DNA of 64,000 bases from Candidatus Latescibacterota bacterium. GTDB taxonomy: Bacteria; Krumholzibacteriota; Krumholzibacteriia; WVZY01. The stretch covers positions 5,092 to 69,091 of the forward strand of contig WVZY01000076.1 in the NCBI GenBank assembly GCA_011772205.1, written 5' to 3'. A program made the translations under genes and the position numbers. Below, piece after piece: positions 17,356 to 27,887 of the stretch (positions are counted from its first letter, which is position 1; every line of letters begins with the position of its first letter). The notes beneath the pieces are model-generated. The model made no database searches and had not been told where the DNA came from. It saw only the letters and a program-made list of their open reading frames with translations.

Positions 17356-20088
17356 ATGTCCGCAAAGGGCAAGAGCTTGTTTTTTCGCAAAAAAATTTTT
17401 CGCGACTGCTTTATTGCCATAGTTCTTTCGGTCGCCGCGATTCCTTTTTCATCATTCGCGCAGAAGGAGCCGCCTCAGGACTTCAGACGGGAACTATCGA
17501 AAGCGAAAGCGGAGAGATTCGCCCTCATGTATCTCGCCGAAGCATCCCAGACCCAAAACCAGACATTGTACGACGTGATCTATTATGACCTCGATCTGGA
17601 CATCGATCCAACGGCGGAAACCGTTTCGGGTTCGGTAACAATGACCGCGGAAGTTGTCTCCGACTCGCTGGCGGAGGCGGAACTCAACCTGCTGAACAAC
17701 ATGACGGTGAGCCAGGTGACATGGGCTGGAGGACCGCTTGGCTATGCTCATTCGAATGACATCCTCACGGTGACACTCCCAATGACCTACTACCTGGGAG
17801 AGACATTCACGATTGTCATTTATTATAGCGGTACCCCGAGCATTTCGTACGGCGCATTTGGATTTGACACGTATGGCGGTGACCCGATGATATGGAGCTT
17901 GAGTGAGCCATATGGATCGAGGAGCTGGTGGCCGTGCAAGGATATCCCCTCGGATAAAGCAGATTCGGTTGATATCCGGATAACCGTTCCGGACACGCTC
18001 ATCGTGGCTTCCAATGGAACTCTGAGGAGCGAAACGGACAACGGCTCGACAAAGACGTACTGGTGGCACGAAGAGTACCCGATAACAACTTACCTGGTAT
18101 CCGTGGCCATCCATCCTTACACCGTTTTCTCTCACTGGTACCATTATTCGCTCACGGACTCGATGGAAGTCCGGTATTACGTCTTTCCCGATCACTACGA
18201 TGCAGTTCAGGAAAACTACGGGAAGACCGTCGGTATGATGGAGCTCTTTTCGGATCTCTTTGGAGAATATCCGTTTATCAACGAAAAATATGGGCATGCG
18301 GAATTCATCTGGGGTGGGGGAATGGAACATCAAACCATTACGAGCTTGGGTTGGTGGGGTGAATATTTGATCGCCCACGAGCTGGCCCACCAGTGGTGGG
18401 GTGACATGGTTACCTGCAACAGCTTCCATCACATCTGGATGAATGAGGGATTCGCCACATACTCCGAAGCATTGTATTCAGAGTTCACCTACAGTATGGC
18501 GCGGTACCATTCGGACATGGCGGCCGCGAAGTACCTCGGAGGAGGTACCATCTACGTGCCCGATCCGAGCGATTGGGCAAGGGTCTTTCATAGCGGACTT
18601 TCATACAACAAAGGTTCCTGGGTGCTGCACATGCTGAGACACGTAGTGGGTGACAGCACATTTTTCCAAATATTGAAAACCTACTACGCCGACGCCCGCT
18701 ATCAGTACGGCACGGCGACAACAGAACAGTTCAGAGATGTGTGCGAGGATGAGTCCGGCATGGATTTGGACTTTTTCTTCCACCAGTGGATCTATGAAGA
18801 ATACTACCCGACGTATAAGTATAACTGGAGCTATTTGGAAAACGGCGGGCAGTACGAGGTCAGCCTCGATATTGAACAGCTCCAATCCAACTACATCTTC
18901 AAAATGCCGATCGACATCACCTTCGAAGCGGCTTTCGGTGAGACGACGCTCGTCGTGTGGGACAGTCTGGCGACTCAGAGCTTCAACCTCGTTATCGGAG
19001 AAGAGCCCCTTGCCATATTCATAGATAAAGACGAGTGGATCTTGAGAGATGTCGTAGAGCCGATCACGAATCCGACATTTGCAAGAGGGATTCTCCTGGT
19101 CAATGGGGTGGATTTCAATACATATGGTTCGTCGATCTGGACGGCCTATGAAGACAGCGCATTTTGGGGAAGTTACGACATCAGTTTCTGGGATTGTTTC
19201 GATGAAACAGGCTTGGGCTATCCATCGAACCTGCCGCCACCACTGGGCCATGGGTCGGTGCCGCCTGATACGATCAAACAGTTTTCAACCGTAATCTGGG
19301 TCGGAAACAACTACCTCGGCGACCTCAGTGAGTGGTACGACACACCGATCATGGCCTATCTCCAGGCTGGAGGTAACGTGCTTCTCATGGGTCGGGACGG
19401 GCAAAGCTTCGTGCTCGAGCCGCTGAGAACGTACCTGGGAATAACTTGGCGGGAGGAATCCGTCAACACGATCAACGATTGCATTTCCGCATATCCCGGG
19501 TTGGTGGACATTGGCCTTATCGGCACTCAGAGTTACTGCGCCGTGTTCGATACGTCGCTGGCTACAATGGAAAGTGCGCTTCTTTTCAGCGAAACAACCA
19601 CTTTCTCCACTCACCGGGGCCTTGGTGTGTGGCGCAAGCCAGCAGATGGCGGCACGCACAGGCTGGACGGCGCTCAATTCGTGTTTATAAGCGGTAGACC
19701 CTACCGGTACGATCACGATGCCCTGCGCTCGAATGTAGAATTCATATTGGGTGACTTCTTTGGCGAGCCGTACGATCCGCTGACAGGTGCGGCGAAAAAG
19801 CTTCCGAAGCTAGCGTTTCATCTCGAGCAGAACTACCCGAATCCTTTCAACCCGGTCACGAATATCTGCTTCACTATTCCCGAGAAAAGCCACGTCAGCT
19901 TGAAAGTGTTCGACGTAACGGGACGACTTATAGATACCATCGTTGCGAAAGAAATGAAGGCTGGCACCCACACGGTTACATGGGATGGTACTGACCGTAG
20001 GGAACAGACGGTGGCATCGGGAGTTTATTTCTACAAAATCGTTGCAGGATCACACATAGACACGAAAAAAATGGTGCTAATTCGCTAG
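17356..20088 (+). CDS. Secreted M1-family zinc metallopeptidase (aminopeptidase N-like) with a type IX secretion system C-terminal sorting domain
   Basis: Signal peptide. Gluzincin motifs HELAHQWWG ... WMNEGFATY. C-terminal ~85 aa NYPNPFNPVTNICFTIPEKSHVSLKVFDVTGRLIDTIV...GTHTVTWDGTDRREQTVASGVYFYKIVA matches the T9SS CTD (TIGR04183-like). Confidence 0.85.
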   Translation: MSAKGKSLFFRKKIFRDCFIAIVLSVAAIPFSSFAQKEPPQDFRRELSKAKAERFALMYLAEASQTQNQTLYDVIYYDLDLDIDPTAETVSGSVTMTAEVVSDSLAEAELNLLNNMTVSQVTWAGGPLGYAHSNDILTVTLPMTYYLGETFTIVIYYSGTPSISYGAFGFDTYGGDPMIWSLSEPYGSRSWWPCKDIPSDKADSVDIRITVPDTLIVASNGTLRSETDNGSTKTYWWHEEYPITTYLVSVAIHPYTVFSHWYHYSLTDSMEVRYYVFPDHYDAVQENYGKTVGMMELFSDLFGEYPFINEKYGHAEFIWGGGMEHQTITSLGWWGEYLIAHELAHQWWGDMVTCNSFHHIWMNEGFATYSEALYSEFTYSMARYHSDMAAAKYLGGGTIYVPDPSDWARVFHSGLSYNKGSWVLHMLRHVVGDSTFFQILKTYYADARYQYGTATTEQFRDVCEDESGMDLDFFFHQWIYEEYYPTYKYNWSYLENGGQYEVSLDIEQLQSNYIFKMPIDITFEAAFGETTLVVWDSLATQSFNLVIGEEPLAIFIDKDEWILRDVVEPITNPTFARGILLVNGVDFNTYGSSIWTAYEDSAFWGSYDISFWDCFDETGLGYPSNLPPPLGHGSVPPDTIKQFSTVIWVGNNYLGDLSEWYDTPIMAYLQAGGNVLLMGRDGQSFVLEPLRTYLGITWREESVNTINDCISAYPGLVDIGLIGTQSYCAVFDTSLATMESALLFSETTTFSTHRGLGVWRKPADGGTHRLDGAQFVFISGRPYRYDHDALRSNVEFILGDFFGEPYDPLTGAAKKLPKLAFHLEQNYPNPFNPVTNICFTIPEKSHVSLKVFDVTGRLIDTIVAKEMKAGTHTVTWDGTDRREQTVASGVYFYKIVAGSHIDTKKMVLIR

Positions 20089-20153
20089 TATCGACTGATT
20101 CCCCATATCGCAGCTCCACCGAGAGACATATTTTGACGCAAGCTATCTGTCGT

Positions 20154-20185
20154 CGCTCCTGCTTTTACGCGGGAGCGATGTTTTA
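20154..20185. terminator. Hairpin (TCGCTCC-N11-GGAGCGA) plus TGTTTTA between convergent genes; bidirectional terminator candidate
   Basis: Inverted repeat at 20154-20160 and 20172-20178, followed by a T-rich run. Confidence 0.35.
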
Positions 20186-20245
20186 ATTCAGCTTAGAATG
20201 AATGGGGCTAAGGGAAGGTGGCTTCGATTGGCTAATGTTTTGGCT

Positions 20246-21562
20246 TCAGCAGGGCTTTTTAGCGAGACCGTGAGTGGCCCTTGGGATACGCCTGGCAAGG
20301 GGATCGACGACAGGCTGGAGCGCTTCTTTTTCAACGACCAGTACGAGATCGCTGCCGAAATACCGAACGAACGGAATCGAACCGAAGAATCTCTCCTTAC
20401 GCCTGAAAAGATCGCGTCTTCCGCTGATCAGGAACTTTGGAAATAGAAAACCGCTGCTCCGAAGTTCCAGAATTCTGGCGCCCTGACTTCTGATCATGCG
20501 TTGATAGTCCTGTAACGAGAAATCCCAGTGGTAAGTGGTGGCGTTATGCCATGTATTCTCATGGACGGTTTTTTTCTGCAATATGTGGTCCGTGAATAAA
20601 CTGATGAATAGGGTGATGATGTGAAAAAGATTAAGATTCCGGATTCGATGCGCGTTCGGGCTCTGGATCATCATCCATCCGCCGGGTTTCAGAACCCTGA
20701 GGAACTCATGGACCGCTTCATCCGGATTGGTGAAGTGCTCGAGCGTTTCGGCGCAGAATAGAAAATCGACGCCGTCATCTTTCAGTGGCAGGCATCCACC
20801 GTCCGCTTGAATGGCCGTCTGATCAGGATTTTTCTTTTTAAACTCTTCGAGCAGCAGGCGGCTCACATCGATCCCAATGAAAGTCCTGCCCTTGCCAATC
20901 CCGAATTCGTAGCAAGCCCTGCCGTCGTTTGCCCCCACATCGACGACGACCTCCGGAGGTAGCGCTCGCTCACGGTAAACCCTCAGGATATCCAGATAAC
21001 GTTCATCGTCTGGAATATCCGACTCGCCCCCTCTCCAGCTCCCTCCAGTGGCTTCGCGCGAAAGCTGTACCCAGTCGGACATGGTTGGCTGTGTCATCCC
21101 TTCCCGCCGGTAAAGCTCATCCACAGCATAGTGATCAGCGATCGTTCGGAGCCTGAGCGGATTCCTGACAAAGCGATCCAAAGTGATGCTTCTCTTTCTT
21201 CGGAATGCGATCCAGTCCACGAAGAAGCCGAGAAGGAGGAGCATCGCACCCCAATAGAATTTGAAAACGAGAAAGACAACGAGCAGAAAATAGGCAAGAT
21301 AGTAACTCCGAGGTTGTTTGACGAGTCCATTGTCCAAGCTGCTCATGTCATTTATGGTCCGGATGGCATCCGATTTCGTTTTTGTCCGGAGATTTTCCGG
21401 ATTGACGGTGAGCTGGCTGGAAGCGGGAAATAGAATGGGTATTCCACCGATTATCGGATACTCCTTGTTACATCGTACACATCTAAGCGCGTGTTCTTCG
21501 CGATACAGATCCAACTTGCACGATGGACAGGCAATGACATCTGCAACTGTCGGCGTTATCAT
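20246..21562 (-). CDS. Trm112-like zinc-ribbon domain + TM segment + class I SAM-dependent methyltransferase
   Basis: N-terminus CPSCKLDL...CVRCNKEYPIIGGIPILF (Trm112-like CxxC...CxxC). Hydrophobic helix YYLAYFLLVVFLVFKFYWGAMLLLLGFFV. MTase motif VVDVGANDGR and Methyltransf_11-like core. Confidence 0.7.
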   Translation of the reverse strand: MITPTVADVIACPSCKLDLYREEHALRCVRCNKEYPIIGGIPILFPASSQLTVNPENLRTKTKSDAIRTINDMSSLDNGLVKQPRSYYLAYFLLVVFLVFKFYWGAMLLLLGFFVDWIAFRRKRSITLDRFVRNPLRLRTIADHYAVDELYRREGMTQPTMSDWVQLSREATGGSWRGGESDIPDDERYLDILRVYRERALPPEVVVDVGANDGRACYEFGIGKGRTFIGIDVSRLLLEEFKKKNPDQTAIQADGGCLPLKDDGVDFLFCAETLEHFTNPDEAVHEFLRVLKPGGWMMIQSPNAHRIRNLNLFHIITLFISLFTDHILQKKTVHENTWHNATTYHWDFSLQDYQRMIRSQGARILELRSSGFLFPKFLISGRRDLFRRKERFFGSIPFVRYFGSDLVLVVEKEALQPVVDPLARRIPRATHGLAKKPC

Positions 21563-21754
21563 TTTCTCAACCGCCCGGTTTTGGCCGGATTCCCACGGTT
21601 GCCAAAGGGGCCTTGGCCAAGTATAATCAGCATGACGTGAAAAAGGCAAGCTCATCAGTCGCTATGGCACATGGCACGATAGTCTCGGCTGAAGGTTGTG
21701 ATATAGAGCAGATTACTCAGATAGTCATTTCTTGCCAACGAGGAGGGTCTACTG

Positions 21755-22705
21755 ATGGGAAAGAAAATAGTCTCTGGACTCGCACTTTGCGCTTTCTTGA
21801 TTCTTACCCCGCTCCTGGCCTTCGCGAAAGCCCCACTCGCCGTAATGCTTTCTTGCCGGGGTGATGTGGTTGTCATCAAGGGCGGTGAGGGATCGATCAA
21901 AGGCTCGTTTGGCCTGGCGCTGGAAGCCGGGGACAAAATCAAAACAGGAGAAGCCTCGCACGCCGAAATTCTATTTGATAACGGCAACTGGATCGAGGTC
22001 GGTCCCAGCAGCAGCATGCAGTTGAAGGACTCCAAGATAAAAGAATCCTCGAGCACCGGCATGGGAGGGAAAAGCTTTCAAACTGTCCAGAATTTTCTCA
22101 AGCTAAAGGATGCGAAAGGGACCAGTTTCTTGGCCGACCTTCGATCGGACCAGAAAAGCCCCCAGCTCAGGCCAACCTCACCGTGCCAGACCAAGATCCG
22201 TGGGGATAAGCCTACGTTTCGTTGGGCGGCATTCGATCCGTCAGCCGCACTCCGTCTCACCCTTTATAACGAGGAAGACATTCATTGGCAGCACGACATT
22301 AAAGGCGTGGCGAGCCTGAGCTATCCGGACGATGCCCCTCCCCTGGTATCAGGCGTAGCATATTCCTGGGCGCTGGAAACCACCGATCCGCGAATATTTC
22401 CTCCGCTGCGCAGCCAGGTGGTCTTTTTCGAAGTTCTCCCTTCTGAAGAAAATGCAAAGGTCGAGACCATATTGGTCGAGATCGAGAAGCATAAGAAACC
22501 CAGCGCTTCGGCTTATCACCTCCTTCGGGCCAGCCTGTTTTTCGGTCATGGCTTGATGGAAGCTGCGATTGATGAGACTCTGAAAGCGCTCGAATACGAT
22601 GCCAGGAATCCCGCTCTGCATTCCATCCTTGCCCGCTTGTATGCGGAAGTCGGCCGCACTGAAGAAGCTCTTGGCGAATACGATCGACTTCTCGAAGAGC
22701 GCTGA
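21755..22705 (+). CDS. Secreted FecR-domain protein with C-terminal TPR-like region
   Basis: Signal peptide, then a FecR-like segment (AVMLSCRGDVVVIKGGEGSIKGSFGLALEAGDKIKTGEASHAEILFDNGNWIEVGPSSSMQL), then a helical TPR-like C-terminus. Confidence 0.6.
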   Translation: MGKKIVSGLALCAFLILTPLLAFAKAPLAVMLSCRGDVVVIKGGEGSIKGSFGLALEAGDKIKTGEASHAEILFDNGNWIEVGPSSSMQLKDSKIKESSSTGMGGKSFQTVQNFLKLKDAKGTSFLADLRSDQKSPQLRPTSPCQTKIRGDKPTFRWAAFDPSAALRLTLYNEEDIHWQHDIKGVASLSYPDDAPPLVSGVAYSWALETTDPRIFPPLRSQVVFFEVLPSEENAKVETILVEIEKHKKPSASAYHLLRASLFFGHGLMEAAIDETLKALEYDARNPALHSILARLYAEVGRTEEALGEYDRLLEER

Positions 22706-22740
22706 TCCAGGTATTCTCGGCAGCACCCTTGCGGTGAGCT

Positions 22741-24366
22741 ATGGAGGGAAAAACCCTAGCAGGTTATGAAATTCAAGAGGCGCTTGGTGAGGGGGGGATG
22801 GGTGTGGTGTATCGTGCCAGGGATGTCACCCTCGATCGGCCCGCAGCGGTAAAAGTCATTCGCCCAGAAAGCCTGGATGAGATAGGTAGAGCACGGTTCA
22901 TTCGTGAAGCACAAGCCTGCTCCAAGATCAATCACCCGAACATTGTCACTGTTTATGCTGCCGGAGAGGAGGACGGACGTCCGTACCTCGCCATGGAGCT
23001 CCTCGAGGGCAGGACTCTTCGCGAGGTGATCAACGAAGGCCCTGTACCCTGGGCAAAGGCTCTTCAGTGGATGGCGGACATCCTGGATGCACTCAATCGT
23101 CTTCATCAAGCTGGCATCGTGCACCGAGATTTGAAACCGGAGAACATCATGTTCACCACGGACGGAGTGATCAAGTTGATGGATTTCGGGATCGCGTCAT
23201 TGATATCCAGCGCAACCATTACCAGGGAGCACACAACGGTGGGAACGGTGCTGTACATGTCGCCCGAGCGGATATCGGGGGATAAAGGTGATGCGAGAAG
23301 CGATATCTTTGCGCTGGGAGTCATTCTCTACGAGATGCTGGCCCGGAAACATCCATTTCGGGGAGCGCATCCCATGGCAATAATGTACTCCATAACGAAC
23401 GATGTTCCCACTCCGATAGATGAAATCACCAAGGAGCTGCCAAATGGACTGAGAGCCGTTCTCGACCGGGCACTGGAAAAGGATCCAGCCAATCGTTTTC
23501 CCGATGCGGGTTCATTCCGTAGCGTGCTCAGCGACCTCCTGAAAGGCACTGAGTTTTCTACCGCTCAGGTGCTGGCGGTGGGACGAAAAAAGCGGCTGGT
23601 GATGGGCGTCGTCGTACCCGGTGTTTTGTTGATAGCCTTGGTGATCGTCATTCTCTCCGTTGTCTCGAGGGAACGCAGTCCGGTAGGTGATCGGGCTGTC
23701 GCCGTCAATCATAATGAAATGGGACAGAACTACCAGTCGGAGGGGGACATTGACGCGGCCCAAGCTGAGTATCGAAAGGCGATTGCTGCCGATCAGGAGT
23801 ACGCAGTGCCCTGGAACAATCTTGCGGTGATCGCTTTTGATCAAGGAAACCTGGACGAGGCCGACTCGCTTCTCCATATGGCAATCTCTATGGAACCGAA
23901 ATACGCCGCGGCCCTCTTCAACCTCGGTTCGGTATGCAGAGGAAGGAACGACCTCGAAGGGGCGGAGAAATACTATCGCGCGTCGATAGAAGCGGATTCT
24001 TCCCAAGCCGGCGGCTTCAATAATCTCGGCGATCTGCTTTTGGAGCGGGGGCGAGTGGAGGGAGCCGCGAGCGTTCTCGATGCCGGCTTGTTGAGAAACC
24101 CGACTCATCCGTTTCTGCTGAAGAATAGGGGGCGTGTGGCGTTGCAGCAGGGACAGGATGAAAAAGCACTGGATTATTGGAAGCGAGCTCTCGAAGGGCT
24201 TCCCGGGAATACCGAGCTTCACCGTCTTCTGGCGGAGTGGTATGAACGAAAAGGAATGAGCGAGGAAGCGAAGTTGCACTGGCAAGAAGTTGCCAAGTCT
24301 GACGATGAGGAAGAGAGAGAAAGAGCTCAGCGGGCACTCAAGCGTCCGGTCCGAAGCAGACAATGA
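22741..24366 (+). CDS. Ser/Thr protein kinase (Hanks-type) with TM helix and extracytoplasmic TPR repeats
   Basis: GEGGMGVVYRA, VKVI (the VAIK lysine), HRDLKPEN, DFGIA, SPE motifs. TM segment VVVPGVLLIALVIVILSVV. TPR repeats follow. Confidence 0.85.
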   Translation: MEGKTLAGYEIQEALGEGGMGVVYRARDVTLDRPAAVKVIRPESLDEIGRARFIREAQACSKINHPNIVTVYAAGEEDGRPYLAMELLEGRTLREVINEGPVPWAKALQWMADILDALNRLHQAGIVHRDLKPENIMFTTDGVIKLMDFGIASLISSATITREHTTVGTVLYMSPERISGDKGDARSDIFALGVILYEMLARKHPFRGAHPMAIMYSITNDVPTPIDEITKELPNGLRAVLDRALEKDPANRFPDAGSFRSVLSDLLKGTEFSTAQVLAVGRKKRLVMGVVVPGVLLIALVIVILSVVSRERSPVGDRAVAVNHNEMGQNYQSEGDIDAAQAEYRKAIAADQEYAVPWNNLAVIAFDQGNLDEADSLLHMAISMEPKYAAALFNLGSVCRGRNDLEGAEKYYRASIEADSSQAGGFNNLGDLLLERGRVEGAASVLDAGLLRNPTHPFLLKNRGRVALQQGQDEKALDYWKRALEGLPGNTELHRLLAEWYERKGMSEEAKLHWQEVAKSDDEEERERAQRALKRPVRSRQ

Positions 24367-24415
24367 GCAGGTTATGAGGGAGATATCCATCAGGATGCCG
24401 GCAAGCTACAATGAA

Positions 24416-24474
24416 TCGAGAGGGGGATTCGGCCTATCTATCGCTTCGCGAATGCGGCCTCGTCCCCCTCTCGA
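24416..24474. terminator. Large hairpin (12-bp stem TCGAGAGGGGGA / TCCCCCTCTCGA) between the convergent kinase and CHAT genes; bidirectional terminator candidate
   Basis: Perfect 12-bp inverted repeat at 24416-24427 and 24463-24474. Confidence 0.35.
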
Positions 24475-24545
24475 CTGATCTTCTTGAGATGGAACAAGCG
24501 AGGGGCATTCCGCGCTTGGGATGATTCCCCTTCTTCTTGTCGGTC

Positions 24546-27500
24546 TCACCATGGAGACCGATCCGTTCCAATCACGATGAATGGAGACCAGTAAAATGGA
24601 TGGGAATAATTCGGATTTTTTATCAAGGCCATGCGTGCCGTGTTTAGTGCGCTGCACGCCGGCTCCTTTTTTTTCACCATCGTTTCGTAAAATGTTTTCA
24701 TGAGTTCCGAAGTTGATTCATCGGAAACAGCCCAGAGACTGGCAACGATACCGCGCGCGCCGGCAGCTATGAATGCGCGGCTCAAGCCCACCACGCCTTC
24801 ACCCCGACCCACCTTGCCCCGGGCCGATTCGCATGCGGACAGCACGACCAAATCCACGTCGAGGGGCAGGGATAAGATTTCAAGTGTGTGAAGATATCCG
24901 TCCTCTCCAGACACGGAGTCTGGACAGAGGGCTATGCTGGACGACGCCGGATCCAACGGGTCGACCAGTCCGTGCGTTGCGAAGTGAAGCAGCCTGGGAT
25001 GACCCTCGCGCAACTTATCTTTTAATGTTGCTTCTGTCGCTTCACTCCCCAGGAATATAGCTTTGCGTTTTTCTGCGACGTGCAAGCCGATGTTCTGCAC
25101 TTCCGAGCGTGTGTGCGGAAGCGGTCGAAGCGCCGCTTTATTGCCACTCGATTTCTCCGCGAGCAGCGAGAAATCAGGATCGCCCATGGCGAGCAGATCC
25201 AGGTCGTAATCCTCGGACCGCTTCATGTTACGGAGCTTGAGATAGATCGAGGCGGAAGGAGCGTAAACGGGAGCTAATGAAAGGGCGAGGAAAGGTTGTT
25301 CTTCCCACCCGGCGTTTTCGTTTGGTTCTTTTGTTAGTAGAACCTCGAAGGGAACTTCGAAAAGCAATCCATCCGGTACGATGATCACATCTTTGGCCTT
25401 GGATAGCCGCTTTTCAGCGGGTAGAAGGAGAGTCTCGTAGAGGCTGCGTGCCGCTTTGCGAAGCACTGGATCTCCTGCGCCGGGCTTGCTGATCGCATCC
25501 CGTAGCCGTTGCACCGAAAAACGCAACTTTTTTCGATCCGGCAATCGATGAAGTTCAACGTCATCTCGATCGATGACCCATAAGAGCGACGTCGTATCGC
25601 CCAAAGCATACTCGAGGAGCACTGTCCGTTTCGGCAGTGCTTTTTGAATTTGGTGCAAGTCCGCGACGGCATTCAACGCTCCGGACGACCCGATGATCTT
25701 TTCGACCCGCTTGTCCCTCAGCTCGAGGTAGCGCTCCTCGATGTGCCTTTGTGTTTCTTTGTTTTCGGGATCATCTGCCTTGAGCTGGTAAAGCGAATCG
25801 AGCACAGCTTCCTCCGCAGGGTGGCTCTCCATTAAAACGGAGGATTCGAGAAGATCGAGCAGGCCCCGGGCTTTTGCTCTCTCGATCGTTCGAAAAGCGC
25901 GCGCGGTCCATCCACCGCTCTTATCGGTATCATCCAGCGTCGCGTAGTAGCGCGCCACCTCTTCATAGTAATAACGCTTTTCTCCGGAGAGGAATCCCGT
26001 TCGAATTTCCGCCCCGCCGAGACCGGCACGTGATTGCTCGACGCGCTCGAGCGCTTTTTCATAATAGAATGCGGCGCTATCCGGATCTTCCTTTTCGTAC
26101 GTATGAGCGATTCCCAGATAGAGGGCCCATTCCAATTCATTTTGACCCGATTCCAGCACGCGAGAGCGGAGCCTCTCAAAGTCTCTACGCGCCTCACCCA
26201 TTCTCCCCATTGCAGCAAGAGTGCTTGCGATGCTCATTTCGCCCCAAAGGACCTGTCCTTCGGCTCCGGCCGGCCGGTATATTTCAAGGGAACGCTTTCG
26301 GTGTGCCAAGGCCTCTTGATATCGCCCACGTGCACGCTCTATCGCATAGGCAAGCACCATAGCGGCGGCGATGTTCCTCGAGTCCTGGGATTGCCTTGCT
26401 AATGTTTCCGCTTCCCCTGCAATGGAAAGCCCGTTCTCGTAGGTACCCATCGCGAGGTAGAGATAGCCGAGGTCAATAAGACCTCTGGTCTTGAAAGATG
26501 GGTCGTTGATGTTCTCCGATAATTCTGCGAATGCAAGTAAATCTTCCCGAGCCTTGTCCAGCTCGCCTATCTCGAGATACGCAGTGCCCCGAACACGGTA
26601 GGCTAGGGCCGTCTTTTCGGGCACAGGCCGTCGCTCGAGCAAGTCGAAGGCAATGTCCAGATGATCCAGAGCCTCACCGTAACGGTTTCGTTTGAGGAGA
26701 TTGTCTGCGAGGTTGATCCGACAGGAAGCCTCGTCCTGGGGCTGATCGACGGTACCAGCAATTTCGATCGCCCTTTGATAAGCCTCATTCGCCCGTTGTA
26801 TTCGCCCCATGCCGGTGTAGAGATTCGCAATGCTGTTGAGGATTTGGATCATTAGTGCTGGATTTTCGACTTTCTCGAGGATTGGCAGAGCCTCTTCGAA
26901 CTTGTCCCGCGCTCTTACCAGGTTGTTCATCATGTAGTAAGTATTTCCGAGGTAGGTCAGCGAGATCCCCAGACCCCCCAAGTCGCCCGTCCGGCGTCTA
27001 AGCTCGATGGCCTGGCTGTAAAAGCTGATGGCGATGATGTAGTTGCCCAGCCGGAGATTGGCAGAGCCGAGACCGTTTAGAGTTTTTCCTTCGAGGATGC
27101 GGTCCTCGATTCCCCTTCGCGCATCCAAAGCCTTCTGGTAGCTCTCGAACACGGCACTCATATCGCCTCGATACCAGTGGACCACACCCAGGCTGCCCCA
27201 AATGACGGCTTGTGAGCGAAGGTCGGTGATGTCTCTGTACATGGACATGGCTTGGTGGAGAAGTTCGACGGCACGGTCGAGCTCGCCGGAATTGCGGGCG
27301 GTGGTTGCCTCTTCTTCGACGGCTTTGGCGTTCTTGCGGAGGGCGCGTTGTTGAGGCGTCCATTTTCGGTGGGTCTCGACCAGTTCGAGCAGGATACCCG
27401 ATCCTGTGTTCTTTTTATATGAGCGAGCCAGCCGCTCGGCAAAGTCGACGTTTTCTTTTTCAGCCGCTTGGTCCCCGCCTTCACCGAGCTGAAAAGCGGT

Positions 27501-27734
27501 ATCCAGGAGCTGGCCGACGGCAGCTCCGACGAGGATGGACCGCTCGGATAGAAAAGCGGTTAGTTGCTCGGTGTCCGCTCGTGCGAGCGAGTCGGCTTTG
27601 ATGATGAATGTGTGAACAGGATCGACGGGTGCAGAAACGCTCCTTGAGGAAGAGAACGCTAACAGCGAGACGAAGATGAACGGATAGGCCCTTAGCTTCC
27701 AGCGTTTGGATGGAATCCGCCTGGAGGGCAGCAT
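24546..27734 (-). CDS. Secreted TPR-repeat protein with C-terminal CHAT (caspase-like) protease domain
   Basis: Signal peptide. More than 10 TPR-like repeats. C-terminal CHAT region with catalytic dyad context LLHFATHG ... VVLSACESA. Confidence 0.75.
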   Translation of the reverse strand: MLPSRRIPSKRWKLRAYPFIFVSLLAFSSSRSVSAPVDPVHTFIIKADSLARADTEQLTAFLSERSILVGAAVGQLLDTAFQLGEGGDQAAEKENVDFAERLARSYKKNTGSGILLELVETHRKWTPQQRALRKNAKAVEEEATTARNSGELDRAVELLHQAMSMYRDITDLRSQAVIWGSLGVVHWYRGDMSAVFESYQKALDARRGIEDRILEGKTLNGLGSANLRLGNYIIAISFYSQAIELRRRTGDLGGLGISLTYLGNTYYMMNNLVRARDKFEEALPILEKVENPALMIQILNSIANLYTGMGRIQRANEAYQRAIEIAGTVDQPQDEASCRINLADNLLKRNRYGEALDHLDIAFDLLERRPVPEKTALAYRVRGTAYLEIGELDKAREDLLAFAELSENINDPSFKTRGLIDLGYLYLAMGTYENGLSIAGEAETLARQSQDSRNIAAAMVLAYAIERARGRYQEALAHRKRSLEIYRPAGAEGQVLWGEMSIASTLAAMGRMGEARRDFERLRSRVLESGQNELEWALYLGIAHTYEKEDPDSAAFYYEKALERVEQSRAGLGGAEIRTGFLSGEKRYYYEEVARYYATLDDTDKSGGWTARAFRTIERAKARGLLDLLESSVLMESHPAEEAVLDSLYQLKADDPENKETQRHIEERYLELRDKRVEKIIGSSGALNAVADLHQIQKALPKRTVLLEYALGDTTSLLWVIDRDDVELHRLPDRKKLRFSVQRLRDAISKPGAGDPVLRKAARSLYETLLLPAEKRLSKAKDVIIVPDGLLFEVPFEVLLTKEPNENAGWEEQPFLALSLAPVYAPSASIYLKLRNMKRSEDYDLDLLAMGDPDFSLLAEKSSGNKAALRPLPHTRSEVQNIGLHVAEKRKAIFLGSEATEATLKDKLREGHPRLLHFATHGLVDPLDPASSSIALCPDSVSGEDGYLHTLEILSLPLDVDLVVLSACESARGKVGRGEGVVGLSRAFIAAGARGIVASLWAVSDESTSELMKTFYETMVKKKEPACSALNTARMALIKNPNYSHPFYWSPFIVIGTDRSPW

Positions 27735-27845
27735 GGTGACCACAGGCTCCTCCGATGTCTGCCGTTATCAATGGTAGATCTTCCCAGACCCGAAATGTCT
27801 CAGGTGAGGTTGGAGAAGCCGTATTCACTTTGCAATAAATGAAGC

Positions 27846-27887
27846 AGGGGAGAACTCACACCCTCGTTGGGCACGATCGTCTCCCCT
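27846..27887. terminator. Hairpin AGGGGAGA-N26-TCTCCCCT; weak terminator candidate downstream of gatD
   Basis: 8-bp inverted repeat; the flanking sequence on the minus strand is T-rich. Confidence 0.2.

Noticed and set aside
20089-20245. Possible small RNA or tRNA between the M1 peptidase and the methyltransferase.
   Set aside because: Only a terminator-like hairpin is present, with no conserved RNA motifs recognisable by eye.
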